A stretch of DNA of 64,000 nucleotides from Gaiellaceae bacterium. Its GTDB lineage: Bacteria; Actinomycetota; Thermoleophilia; Gaiellales; Gaiellaceae. A program made the translations under genes and the position numbers. Below the pieces are notes generated by a model, which made no database searches, was not told where the DNA came from, and saw only the letters and a program-made list of their open reading frames with translations. Shown piece by piece: positions 36,005-45,005 of this stretch (position 1 is the first letter of the stretch; each line of letters starts with the position of its first letter). The DNA lies in NCBI GenBank assembly GCA_050697555.1, contig JBOHAD010000002.1, positions 10,464 through 74,463 on the forward strand. The letters run 5' to 3'.

Positions 36005-36859
36005 TCATACGGGGAAGACCTCCGCGAAGAAGTCGGCGAAGACGGCGAGGGCAAGAAGCCAGAGGCCGACTAGGACGAGGATGCGGCCGCCCCAGCGCTT
36101 CAGGGCGGGTGCGCTCTCCTCCAGCGTTCGGGCGACTCGGTCCTGGCCGGCCGCCAGCAGGAGGGCGAGCGTGAAGACGAGGAGGATCATCGTCAGGGCG
36201 GCGACGAGGAAGGCGAGGAACGCGGGTGCGAATCCGCCCATCGTGAGCGCTTGCCCGGCCAAACCGGCCAGGATCGGGCCCGTTCAGCCGAAGCCGGCGA
36301 GGATGTAGCCGAAGCCGAAGACGAAGTGGCCGGCAAGGGGTCGGCGGCGGCGAAAGCCCGCCTGCCGTCGGAGCAATCCATGCACCGCCGGCTCGAATCC
36401 TCTGAAGGAGATGCGAAGTCGGCCGAGCTGGACGAGCCCGAGGAGGATGAGGAGCGCGCCGACGAGAGCGCGGATGAGACGGCCGGTTGTGCTCGTGAAG
36501 GTCACGCCCTCGAAGAGTGCGGCCCCGGCGATCGCAATCAGCGTGCCCGTGAGGAGGAGGAAGGTGGCCGCTCCGAGCGCGAGCGCCGCCGCGAAGACGA
36601 AACCCGCGCGCCCGTCGCCGCCTCGCCCGCGAGGCGCGTGGGCGAGGATCGAGAGAAGGAGGGGGAAGGAGCAAGGCGAGAAGAAGGAGGCGATGCCCGC
36701 GCCGGCGGCTAACAGGAGGAGCCCGCCTCCCGTCCCTGCCGGCAGCTCGAAGCGGGGGTAGACGACATAGCCGAAGTAGCCGACGAGCGCGACGACAACG
36801 GTCGCGAGCGCGAGCAGCGCGTAGCGGGCCCGCGGATCAGCGAGAACCTTCTCGGTCAC
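36005..36859 (-). CDS. CcdA/DsbD-core family membrane protein with in-frame TGA (36284..36286) at the second redox Cys: candidate selenoprotein
   Basis: ORFs 36284..36859 and 36005..36262 share one frame and are separated by a single TGA. FFSPCSFP aligns with the first CcdA motif, and AGFG-TGA-TGPILAG aligns with GWTPCVGPTLAA of the paralog at 40491..41204. A hairpin follows the TGA. Confidence 0.6.
36254..36272 (-). other. candidate bacterial SECIS hairpin
   Basis: mRNA reads UGA-ACGGGCCCGAU-CCUGGCC-GGUUU-GGCCGGG: a 7-bp stem starting 11 nt after the UGA, with a 5-nt loop starting GG. Confidence 0.45.
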
Positions 36860-36962
36860 GCCGGCAACCGTAGAGATTGCCGTAGCGGGAAGGTCAGGCG
36901 GCTAGGGTTGACGGCATGGCGGCGGCCAAAGTTCGAGACGTCGGCCGCGGAGCCAGCGCCGC

Positions 36963-38111
36963 TCAGGCCACAAACGTCGGCGGCGCGAGCACCGGAACGG
37001 GACAGTTGACGGTAAACACGGTCCCTTTCGTGTCGGGCATGCCTGGGAACTCGTCGAGCTCGCCTCCGTCGCGGGCCGCGTGGATCTCCTTTTCGCTGGT
37101 CAAGAGACGGGCTTCGGCATCGTCCGCCCACCCATACGTGAAGTGGTCCCAGTAAGGACTCCATTCTGGCGCGCCGGCGTCGAAGTCGAAGACGGACGGC
37201 TGGAAGCCCATCGGTCCAGGCCCGGGGAGGCCGTTCATGAAGACGTTCGTGCGGCCCGTCGCGCCTGCTTCGCTCGGTCCGCCCTGCAAACCAGGCGAGA
37301 AGATCGTCTTCGTCATCGCCGCCGCCGGGGCGATCGAGTGCTCGGTGACGAAGTATCGGCTGCCCGGATAGCACTGACCGAGCTTGAAGGTGACGCGCAT
37401 TGCGCCGGTGTCCGGCGGCTCGAGAAGCGGCCCCTCGCCGAGATAGCCCTTGCGCTCTCGGTCGACAGCGAGCTCGCCGGTTGACCACTTGATAATTGCG
37501 GCGTTGAGGACGAATCCGCTGTCCTCGACCATGAGCGCGCCTGCGCGCTTGGCCTCTTGGATCTCTGCCACTGAAGCGAGCTCGCGTGGGCCGTTGCTCC
37601 AGCGCAAGTAATGGACACGCCAGGCCGGCGTGTAGGCCTCGCGCCCCGGCTCCGATGAGAAGATCGCGGGCCGGTCCGCGGCGACGCGATCCACGTAGAC
37701 AGCACCCGAAAGCTTCGGGGTCGCGAGAGCGGCCAGCTTCGGCACGAAGACGAGGCGCTCCGCGTCAGCGAAGCCCTCGTCCGAGACGTCCGTGCGGATG
37801 AAATAGACGTCGCTCCCGTCCACGCGCCCGCCATGGAGGCGCATCGTGACGAAGCCGAAGTCACCGTCCCATTCGTCGGATTCAAGCGAGAAGTCGACGA
37901 CGTCGCCGATGATGGGCCGGGCCCGCTCCGCCGCCTCCTCGAGTGTCGCCGTCCCGACGCCTGACTCACTAGGCGCCGCCTCGTCCCCGCTGCCGCCGCA
38001 GGCGGCCAGCAGGGTCGGGCCAAGCGTGCCGACGGCCACCACACCTGTGGCACGCCGGAGCAGCTCCCCCCGGTCGAGTCGAACTGTCGCAATCGATCCC
38101 TGAGGTTGCAC
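36963..38111 (-). CDS. Tat-signal lipoprotein of unknown function
   Basis: GTG 38111 is preceded by GAGGGGGG. Twin-arginine motif and lipobox (ELLRRATGVVAVGTLGPTLLAACGG). The conserved-looking C-terminus is WSPYWDHFTYGW...FTVNCPVPV. Confidence 0.7.
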   Translation of the reverse strand: MQPQGSIATVRLDRGELLRRATGVVAVGTLGPTLLAACGGSGDEAAPSESGVGTATLEEAAERARPIIGDVVDFSLESDEWDGDFGFVTMRLHGGRVDGSDVYFIRTDVSDEGFADAERLVFVPKLAALATPKLSGAVYVDRVAADRPAIFSSEPGREAYTPAWRVHYLRWSNGPRELASVAEIQEAKRAGALMVEDSGFVLNAAIIKWSTGELAVDRERKGYLGEGPLLEPPDTGAMRVTFKLGQCYPGSRYFVTEHSIAPAAAMTKTIFSPGLQGGPSEAGATGRTNVFMNGLPGPGPMGFQPSVFDFDAGAPEWSPYWDHFTYGWADDAEARLLTSEKEIHAARDGGELDEFPGMPDTKGTVFTVNCPVPVLAPPTFVA

Positions 38112-38249
38112 GTCTGCCCCCCTCGTTGGACTGCCGAACAAGTAGGTTGGATGCGAGCGGGCGACGAACGTCGCTGCGCCACGCGTCTCGGCGCCTCGTC
38201 GCACGAGCGAGCGCGTGGACGGAGAGCCCGGGCAGTTTCAATCGACCTT

Positions 38250-38414
38250 CCGGAGGGAGAGTTGGCCGTGCGGAGGAGCGAACCGGTCCTGTCGACGGAA
38301 TCGAGATGCGGTGGCTCGAGCGCGGTGCCGATCGTATTCGTGCGTGGGATTCCGACCTCGCCAGAGCTGTGGCGCCTGGTCTTGTCGCTCGTCCCCTCGT
38401 CTGTGGCGCGATGA
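38250..38414 (+). pseudogene. N-terminal relic of an alpha/beta hydrolase (haloalkane dehalogenase-like)
   Basis: DGIEMRWLERGA in one frame and PIVFVRGIPTSPELWRLV in another, followed by a stop. Confidence 0.35.
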
Positions 38415-38787
38415 TGCGGTCGGCGCTACGCGAAGGCGCGCAGCTCAGGCAAGGGGCCAACCGATCGAGGAGGAGTTGACGGCCGTCCACACGCAGGGTG
38501 CGAGCGTGCCGGAGATGAGCCGCTAAGGGCGGCCGCGGCCGTCACGACTGGGGGGCGCTGTGTGAGGTGCAGGCGACGGCGCGCTGCCCGGCGGCAGCGT
38601 CCGCTTTCGCGTCCGCGTAGTAGAAACGTGAGGAGCCCGGCGGCGAAGAGCATTCCTCGGTGAAACGGGCCTGCGCGCCCGCTCTCGGGTGGAGCCTTTC
38701 CGACTCCTTGCGAGTGACCCTAGTCTTGCCCACTCCCGACACGGACGGCATGCGGCGCCAGGGCGGCTGGGGGCATCCAACGGATGG

Positions 38788-39927
38788 ATGAGGCGCATCG
38801 TCGTGCTGGGCGGGTTGCTCGCGCTCGTCGCCATGGGCTGCGGTGGCGGCGATGAGGGCGGCGCGGGCGGGGGGCGGTCGAGCGGAGAGGCGAGTGACGA
38901 GCTTGCCGTCTCGACTCTCGGGTGGGAGACCGACTTCTCCAAGCACACGGTGCCCCTCTCAGAATTCATGAGCGGGGGACCGGGGAAGGACGGGATCCCG
39001 GCGGTCGACGAGCCGAAGTTCGTTTCGGTCGAGGAGGCAGGCGACTGGCTCGCCGCGCGGGAGCCGGTCATCGAGCTCGAGCTCGGCGGTGTCACCCGCG
39101 CGTATCCGCTCCAGATTCTCGTCTGGCACGAGATCGTGAACGACGAGGTTGCCGGTCGCCCTGTGGCGGTGACGTTCTGTCCCCTCTGCAACACGGCCAT
39201 CGTCTTCGACCGGCGTTTGGACGAACGGGTGCTCGACTTCGGCACGACAGGCAATCTGCGCCACTCGGACCTCGTCATGTACGACCGCCAAACCGAGAGC
39301 TGGTGGCAACAGTTTGGGGGCGAGGCCGTCGTGGGCGAGCTCGCCGGCGAGCGCCTGGAGCTGCTGCCCTCGCGGATCGTCGCCTGGGGGGACTTCGCCG
39401 GCCGCCATCCCGACGGGGAGGTTCTCTCCCGGGACACAAGCTTCGGCCGCGACTACGGCCGTAATCCCTACGCCGGCTACGACGACGTCGACTCGGGCCC
39501 CTTCTTCCCTGCGAAGGGAGCGGACGACGATCGACTCCTGCCGAAGGAACGCGTCGTGTTCATCGAGCTCGAAAACGAGGCCGTCGCGGTTCCGTTCTCT
39601 GTCCTGCGGAAGGAGCAGACGATGGAGGTGGAGGTCGGGGGAGAGCGGCTCGAGCTCCGCTGGGTGCCGGGGGTCGGTTCCGCGCTCGACTCGCCCGACA
39701 TCGGGGATGGGCGCGAGGTCGGCTCCGCGGAGGTGCGGTCGCTCGTGAGTGGCGAGCCGGTGCCGTTCGACCAGCCGTTCTGGTTCGCGGTTGCCTCCTT
39801 CCGCCCCGACATCCGGATCGTGGGAGCCGAGGCGGGGGCGAGCTCCTCCTCGTCCGCCCCAAAGGACACCGTCCCGGCCGCGCCAGCCTCTCCGCCGCGG
39901 CGCGGTTACCTGGCTCCTCAGGCGTAG
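38788..39927 (+). CDS. DUF3179 domain-containing lipoprotein
   Basis: Lipobox LVAMGCGG. GKDGIPAVDEPKF, ELGGVTRAYPLQILVWHEIVND, TFCPLCNTAIVFDR and GTTGNLRHSDLVMYDRQTESWWQQ are typical DUF3179 motifs. Confidence 0.85.
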   Translation: MRRIVVLGGLLALVAMGCGGGDEGGAGGGRSSGEASDELAVSTLGWETDFSKHTVPLSEFMSGGPGKDGIPAVDEPKFVSVEEAGDWLAAREPVIELELGGVTRAYPLQILVWHEIVNDEVAGRPVAVTFCPLCNTAIVFDRRLDERVLDFGTTGNLRHSDLVMYDRQTESWWQQFGGEAVVGELAGERLELLPSRIVAWGDFAGRHPDGEVLSRDTSFGRDYGRNPYAGYDDVDSGPFFPAKGADDDRLLPKERVVFIELENEAVAVPFSVLRKEQTMEVEVGGERLELRWVPGVGSALDSPDIGDGREVGSAEVRSLVSGEPVPFDQPFWFAVASFRPDIRIVGAEAGASSSSSAPKDTVPAAPASPPRRGYLAPQA

Positions 39928-39932
39928 CCGCG

Positions 39933-40475
39933 CTACTCCCAGGTGATCGAGCGTCGGACCCAGCTGAACTCGGCCGCGTGAGCGGTCTGGTTCTCGGCGG
40001 CGAAGATGATGATCGCCACTTCGCCGGAGTCGAGCTCGATTCCATAAACGCGCATGGTCGGGCCAAGCGGGTCGTCCTGGTTGGCCGCCCAGATGATCGA
40101 CGCCTCGACGCCGGGTCGGTCGCCGATGCGGGCGGTCTGCGTGTACACGAGCGTCGTTCCGTCACCCCGGGGAGGACGCAGGATGGCGGCGGCGAGCTCG
40201 GCAAACTCCGCATGGGATCTGTGCTTGCGCCGCGGGAGATACTGCACGCCGATGAAGGCCGCTGTTCGCTCCGTGTTGTCGTTCAGGAGCTCGCCGAAGC
40301 GGTCGGAGCGGCCTCGGCCCCAGTCGCTCGGGTATCGCAGCGTCAGCCGTCCATCCGCGTAGGTCTCGTCGATCCAGGAGGGGAAGTATTCCTCGACCGG
40401 TGGCGTGGAGGTCTGTTCGTTGCCGAGCGAGCAGCCCGCCCCGAGGAGAGCGAGGAGAACAAGAATCGTGGGCAC
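39933..40475 (-). CDS. lipoprotein of unknown function
   Basis: Lipobox LLGAGCS. 180 aa. Confidence 0.65.
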   Translation of the reverse strand: MPTILVLLALLGAGCSLGNEQTSTPPVEEYFPSWIDETYADGRLTLRYPSDWGRGRSDRFGELLNDNTERTAAFIGVQYLPRRKHRSHAEFAELAAAILRPPRGDGTTLVYTQTARIGDRPGVEASIIWAANQDDPLGPTMRVYGIELDSGEVAIIIFAAENQTAHAAEFSWVRRSITWE

Positions 40476-40490
40476 ATCCGGTTGGATGCG

Positions 40491-41204
40491 TCAGATCTGC
40501 CAACCGGTGTAGCGGGCGAGCCGTGTCGTCAGTCGGACGAGGTCGCCGCTGATGAGGAGCGCGCCGAAGGCGACGAGCACAGTGGCGGAGGCAACGCTGA
40601 CGGTGCGCCAGTGACTGCGCAGCCAGCGGACGAGCCCGAGCGAGCGCGTGAACGCGAGCCCGAAGAAGAGGAACGGCAGGCCGAGGCCGAGCGAGAAGGC
40701 GGCCAGGAGGACGGCACCCTCGGCCGCGCCTCCGCCTCCGGCTGAGAGCGTCAGGATCGCCGCCAGCGTCGGCCCGACGCAGGGCGTCCACCCGATCGCG
40801 AATGCGACTCCGGTGAGCCCGGAGGCAGCCATGCTTCCGCCGGGTCGGAGGCCGAGGCGGCGCTCGGTCGAGAGGAGCCGCGGAAGGGGGAGCCCGAGGA
40901 AGGTGACGGCGGCGACGATGATCAAGATCCCCGCGGCGATCTCGAGCGGGCGCCGGTTCTCGAGCAGGAAACTGCCGAACCAGGCGGCCCCGGCGCCGAA
41001 CGCGACGAACATGGCCGTGAATCCGCCGACGAAGGCCGCCGTAGACGTGGTGACCCGGCGCGGGCGGGCGCCGAGCTCGTCGAAGCCGACCCCCGAGACG
41101 AAGGAGAGATAGCCGGGCACGAGCGGGAGCACGCAAGGCGATGTGAAAGAGACGACGCCGGCGGCGAAGGCGAGCGCCAGCCCTGCGGGGCCGAGCTCGA
41201 TCAC
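40491..41204 (-). CDS. ccdA: cytochrome c biogenesis / thiol-disulfide transfer protein CcdA
   Basis: FTSPCVLPLVPGYL and IGWTPCVGPTLAAIL motifs, 6 TM. GTG 41204 overlaps the stop of the upstream reductase (GTGA). Confidence 0.88.
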   Translation of the reverse strand: MIELGPAGLALAFAAGVVSFTSPCVLPLVPGYLSFVSGVGFDELGARPRRVTTSTAAFVGGFTAMFVAFGAGAAWFGSFLLENRRPLEIAAGILIIVAAVTFLGLPLPRLLSTERRLGLRPGGSMAASGLTGVAFAIGWTPCVGPTLAAILTLSAGGGGAAEGAVLLAAFSLGLGLPFLFFGLAFTRSLGLVRWLRSHWRTVSVASATVLVAFGALLISGDLVRLTTRLARYTGWQI

Positions 41205-42565
41205 GTATCCGCAGCCGGGTCGAGCGGCAGGTCGCGGGCGGCAAAGAAGAGCGCCTCCGAGAAGGTGGGGAAGGGCTGGATTGTGCTTCGGAGGACGTCG
41301 ACGGGGACTTCCGCCTGGATCGCGAGCGTGACCTGGCCAATCCACTCGCCGGCCTCGGGGCCGACGGCGACCGCGCCGACCAGGATGCGACGCCCGGGAT
41401 CCGCGAAGAGCCTGACGAAGCCGGGCCGCTTCGGTCGCTCATAGGTCGAGGAGCGCGAGGTGGCGTTGACCTCCCAGCTCGCGGAGACGAGCCCCTCGCC
41501 GTCGGTGCGGCCGACCGAGGCGACCTGAGGGTCGGTGAAGGCTACAGCCGGAACCGCCCGGTAGTCGGCCCGGGCGTCGCCGCCGGCGACGTTCACCGCG
41601 GCCACCCGTGCCTGATACTTGCCCATGTGCGTGAAGAGCGCGATCCCGGTGACGTCCCCGATCGCCCACACGTTCTCCGCGGCCTGGAGGCGGTCGTCGA
41701 CCTCGATTCCGGTCCTACCGAGCCGCACGCCGACGTCCTTGAGACCGAGTCCGTCGACATTCGGACGCCGGCCGGTCGCGACGAGGAGCCGTTCCGCCTC
41801 GAGCAGCACGCCTCCGGGGAGGTGGAGGCGGAAGCCGTCCGACGTCCGCTCGACCGCCTCCGTGAGCGTGTTCAGGAGGATGTCGATTCCCTCCTCTTCG
41901 AGGGTGGCCTGGATGAGGCGACCCGCGTCGGGGTGGTCGCGGGGCAAGAGATGGTCGATGTCCTGGACGATCGTGACCCTCGTGCCTAGCCGTGCGAAGA
42001 ACCGGGCGAGCTCGCAGCCGACCACCCCGCCGCCGAGCACGACGAGGCTGCCCGGCAGCTCGCGAGTCGTCGTCGCCTCGCGGTTCGTCCAGTAGCCGCT
42101 GCCCTTGAGGCCGTCGATGGGGGGCGCGGAGGCCGAGGAGCCCGTCGCGACGACGAGCTTCTGGTACTCCACCTCGCGGTCTCCGACTTGGAGGGGGCCG
42201 GGGCGGACGACCCGTCCGGCGCCGCGGACGACTTCGACCTGTCGGTCGGCGAGCCAGGTCTCGTGGCTCGAGTCGTCGAGCTCGTCGGTAACGTGGTCCC
42301 GCCACCAGAGGACGCGCTCCCAGTCCGTCTCTCCGTTGACCGCCTCGGCCGCACCCGGGGCGCGGCGTGCCGCCGCGACGACTTCGAGCGGGCGCAGGAG
42401 CGTCTTCGAGGGCATGCACGCCCAGTAGGTGCACTCGCCCCCGAGGAGTTCTCTCTCGACGAGCGTGATCGGCACCTCGGCATCGAGGCGCCTGAGCGCC
42501 CCGCCGCACGCCTCGCCGGTCGAGCCGCCGCCGAGGACGACGACGCGTCCGCCCTCACCTGCCAT
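41201..42565 (-). CDS. class I pyridine nucleotide-disulfide oxidoreductase (LpdA/dihydrolipoyl dehydrogenase-like)
   Basis: VVVLGGGSTGE FAD motif. Redox pair GGECTYWACMPSK. NAD motif VVLGGGVVGCELA. C-terminal dimerisation domain. The ATG at 42565 is preceded by GGAGGGAG. Confidence 0.88.
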   Translation of the reverse strand: MAGEGGRVVVLGGGSTGEACGGALRRLDAEVPITLVERELLGGECTYWACMPSKTLLRPLEVVAAARRAPGAAEAVNGETDWERVLWWRDHVTDELDDSSHETWLADRQVEVVRGAGRVVRPGPLQVGDREVEYQKLVVATGSSASAPPIDGLKGSGYWTNREATTTRELPGSLVVLGGGVVGCELARFFARLGTRVTIVQDIDHLLPRDHPDAGRLIQATLEEEGIDILLNTLTEAVERTSDGFRLHLPGGVLLEAERLLVATGRRPNVDGLGLKDVGVRLGRTGIEVDDRLQAAENVWAIGDVTGIALFTHMGKYQARVAAVNVAGGDARADYRAVPAVAFTDPQVASVGRTDGEGLVSASWEVNATSRSSTYERPKRPGFVRLFADPGRRILVGAVAVGPEAGEWIGQVTLAIQAEVPVDVLRSTIQPFPTFSEALFFAARDLPLDPAADT

Positions 42566-42687
42566 TGATTCGCTCCCTCCGTTCGATCGTAGGATGCACT
42601 GCTCGTGTTCGATTCCCCGGGAGCGCCGAACGTTGCACGGCCACTCCTTGCGGCGCTCGACCGCCCGCGCGCATCTGAAGGAGAGCC

Positions 42688-44172
42688 ATGAGCGGGAACG
42701 GCGCACCGAGAGCCCGCATCGACCGGCCCGAGGTCTTCCTCGAGCTGACCAAATCGATCTGCCCTCTCTGCAAGCGGGTGATCGACGCGGAGGTCAACGT
42801 GCGTGACAACCGCGTGATCATGCGCAAGCGCTGCCCCGAGCACGGGCCCTTCGAGGCCCTCGTCTACTCCGATGCCGAGCTCTACACGGCGCAGCTCCGC
42901 TTCAACAAGCCGGGGACGTTGCCGCTCGAGTTCCAGACGGAGGTGAAGGACGGCTGCCCGTTGGACTGCGGGCTCTGTCCCGAGCACAAGCAGCACGCCT
43001 GCCTGGGGCTGATCGAGGTGAACTCCAACTGCAACCTCGACTGTCCCATCTGCTTCGCCGACTCGGGGCACCAGCCCGACGGGTTCGCGCTGACGGTCGA
43101 GCAGGTCTCCTTCATGGTCGACCGCTTCGTGGCCGCGGAGGGGGAGCCGGAGGTGCTCCAGTTCTCCGGAGGCGAGCCCTCCATCCACCCGCGGATCGTC
43201 GAGTTCATGGAGCTCGCGAAGGGACGCGGGATCCGCGTCGTCATGCTGAACACGAACGGCCTCCGGCTCGCCCGCGACCCGCGTTTCGCCGCCGAGTGCG
43301 CCCGCGTGGGGTCGCACGTCTACCTCCAGTTCGACGGCTTCGAGCGCGAGACGCACCTGGCGATCCGGGGTCGTGACCTGCGCTCCGACAAGGAGCGAGC
43401 GCTGGCCAACTGCCAACGGGAGGGTGTGAGCGTGACCCTCGTGGCGGCCGTCGAGCGGGGCGTGAACGAGCACGAGGTCGGCGAGATCGTCCGCCTCGGC
43501 GTCTCCCACCCGGCCGTGAACAGCGTCGTCTTCCAGCCCGTGACGCATGCAGGCCGGCACCTCGTCTTCGACCCTCTCGAGCGTCTCACGAACGCCGATG
43601 TCATGAAGCTCGTCGCCGCTCAGGTGCCCGAGTGGTTCCGGGTCGACGACTTCGTTCCCGTCCCCTGCTGCTTTCCGAACTGCCGCAGCATGAGCTATGC
43701 GCTCGTCGACGGGGGAGACGTGATTCCGCTCACGCGCCTCTTCGAGGTCGAGGACTACCTGGACTACCTCTCGAACCGGGTCATCCCCGACCTCGAGATC
43801 CGGGGCGCGCTCGAGCGGATGTTCTCGTCGTCTGCGACGCCCGGCGCCGAGGCCGCCCTCCTCGCCTGTGAGAGCTGCGCGGTCGACGTTCCTGCCGCCC
43901 TCGCCGACGTCCGTGAGCACGCGTTCGTGCTCGCCGTGCAGGACTTCCAGGATCCGTACACGCTGAACGTCCGCCAGCTGATGAAGTGCTGCATCGCGCA
44001 GATCACGCCGGACGGGCGACTCATCCCCTTCTGCGCCTACAACTCCGTCGGCTACCGCGAGCAGGTGCGCGCGCTGCTGACCGGTGCCGAGGTTGTGCCG
44101 GTCGTCCCGAACGCGGAGCCGCTCCAGCCCTTGCTGGCCTACACGTCCTACGGATCGAGGCGCCTGCCGTGA
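42688..44172 (+). CDS. radical SAM protein with N-terminal Cys-rich ribbon (MJ0619 / tetraether-synthase-like branch, from memory)
   Basis: ICPLCKRVIDAEV...KRCPEHGPF, GCPLDCGLCPEHKQH, and radical SAM cluster motif NSNCNLDCPICFA (CxxxCxxC). LQFSGGEPS SAM-binding motif. Confidence 0.85.
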   Translation: MSGNGAPRARIDRPEVFLELTKSICPLCKRVIDAEVNVRDNRVIMRKRCPEHGPFEALVYSDAELYTAQLRFNKPGTLPLEFQTEVKDGCPLDCGLCPEHKQHACLGLIEVNSNCNLDCPICFADSGHQPDGFALTVEQVSFMVDRFVAAEGEPEVLQFSGGEPSIHPRIVEFMELAKGRGIRVVMLNTNGLRLARDPRFAAECARVGSHVYLQFDGFERETHLAIRGRDLRSDKERALANCQREGVSVTLVAAVERGVNEHEVGEIVRLGVSHPAVNSVVFQPVTHAGRHLVFDPLERLTNADVMKLVAAQVPEWFRVDDFVPVPCCFPNCRSMSYALVDGGDVIPLTRLFEVEDYLDYLSNRVIPDLEIRGALERMFSSSATPGAEAALLACESCAVDVPAALADVREHAFVLAVQDFQDPYTLNVRQLMKCCIAQITPDGRLIPFCAYNSVGYREQVRALLTGAEVVPVVPNAEPLQPLLAYTSYGSRRLP

Positions 44173-45005
44173 CCGCAAGCCCGGAGGCGATCAAGGCCTG
44201 CTGCGCGACCGCCTACGCCTCGCCCGTCGCGCGCTGGCTCTTGGGCTCGAGCTTCCATCCCGGCGGGGTGGCGCTCACGCGGCGGCTGATCCGTTCCCTC
44301 GGCGTAGGTTCGGGCGACACGGTCGCGGACGTGGCATGCGGCCCGGGCGCGAGTTCAATGCAGCTTGCCCGCGAGGCGGGGTGTCGCGTCGTCGGGATCG
44401 ACCTCTCGTCCGAGTCCATCGAGTCGGCCCGGCGCGCAGCAGAAGAGACGGGGCTCGCCGCCTCGGTCAGCTTCGTGGTCGGGGACGCGGAGGCGCTTCC
44501 TCTCGAGGACGCGAGCGTCGACGGGGTCCTCTGCGAGTGCTCTCTCTGCACGTTCCCGGACAAGCGTTCGGCGGCCGCCGAGCTCTCCAGGGTCTTGAAG
44601 CCGGGCGGACGGCTCGCGCTCTCCGACATGACCGCCGATCCCGCGAAGCTGCCCGCGTCGCTGCGGACCCTCGAGGCCTGGATCGCCTGCCTGGCCGACG
44701 CGCGTCCGCTTCCTGCGCTCGTCGAGCTCCTCCGCGGCGCGGGGCTCGTCGTCGAGAGCGTGGAGCGCCACGACGACGCGCTCGCACGACTCCTCGACCG
44801 TGTCGAGGCGCGCCTTCGCCTCGCACGGGTCGCCCTCGCCCACGGCGGCGATCCCGCTCTCGTCGACCGCGGCCTTGAGCTCGTGGCGGTCGCGCGAGAG
44901 AGCCTCGAGCGCGGCTTCCTCGGCTACGCCGTCCTCGCCGCCCGCCGGCCGGCCGGCCGAGTCGAAGCGACCGCCAGGCCGGTCGGCGCATCGAACCTCG
45001 TGTGA
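44169..45005 (+). CDS. class I SAM-dependent methyltransferase, ArsM-like (CC motif)
   Basis: IKACCATAYASPVARWLLGSSFHPGG, VADVACGPGASS (motif I), VDGVLCECSLCTFPDK and LKPGGRLALSD. The GTG start overlaps the rSAM stop (GTGA). Confidence 0.8.
   Translation: MTASPEAIKACCATAYASPVARWLLGSSFHPGGVALTRRLIRSLGVGSGDTVADVACGPGASSMQLAREAGCRVVGIDLSSESIESARRAAEETGLAASVSFVVGDAEALPLEDASVDGVLCECSLCTFPDKRSAAAELSRVLKPGGRLALSDMTADPAKLPASLRTLEAWIACLADARPLPALVELLRGAGLVVESVERHDDALARLLDRVEARLRLARVALAHGGDPALVDRGLELVAVARESLERGFLGYAVLAARRPAGRVEATARPVGASNLV

Noticed and set aside
36891-36965. Read-through of the TGA stop of the Tat lipoprotein (24 more codons to the next TGA)
   Set aside because: The extension (AALAPRPTSRTLAAAMPSTLAA) has no redox context, no hairpin at SECIS distance, and looks like intergenic sequence.
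41986-44178. 730-aa minus-strand ORF
   Set aside because: It is antisense to the radical SAM gene (which has CxxxCxxC and SAM motifs). Its composition is low-complexity Arg/Glu/Asp/Ala.
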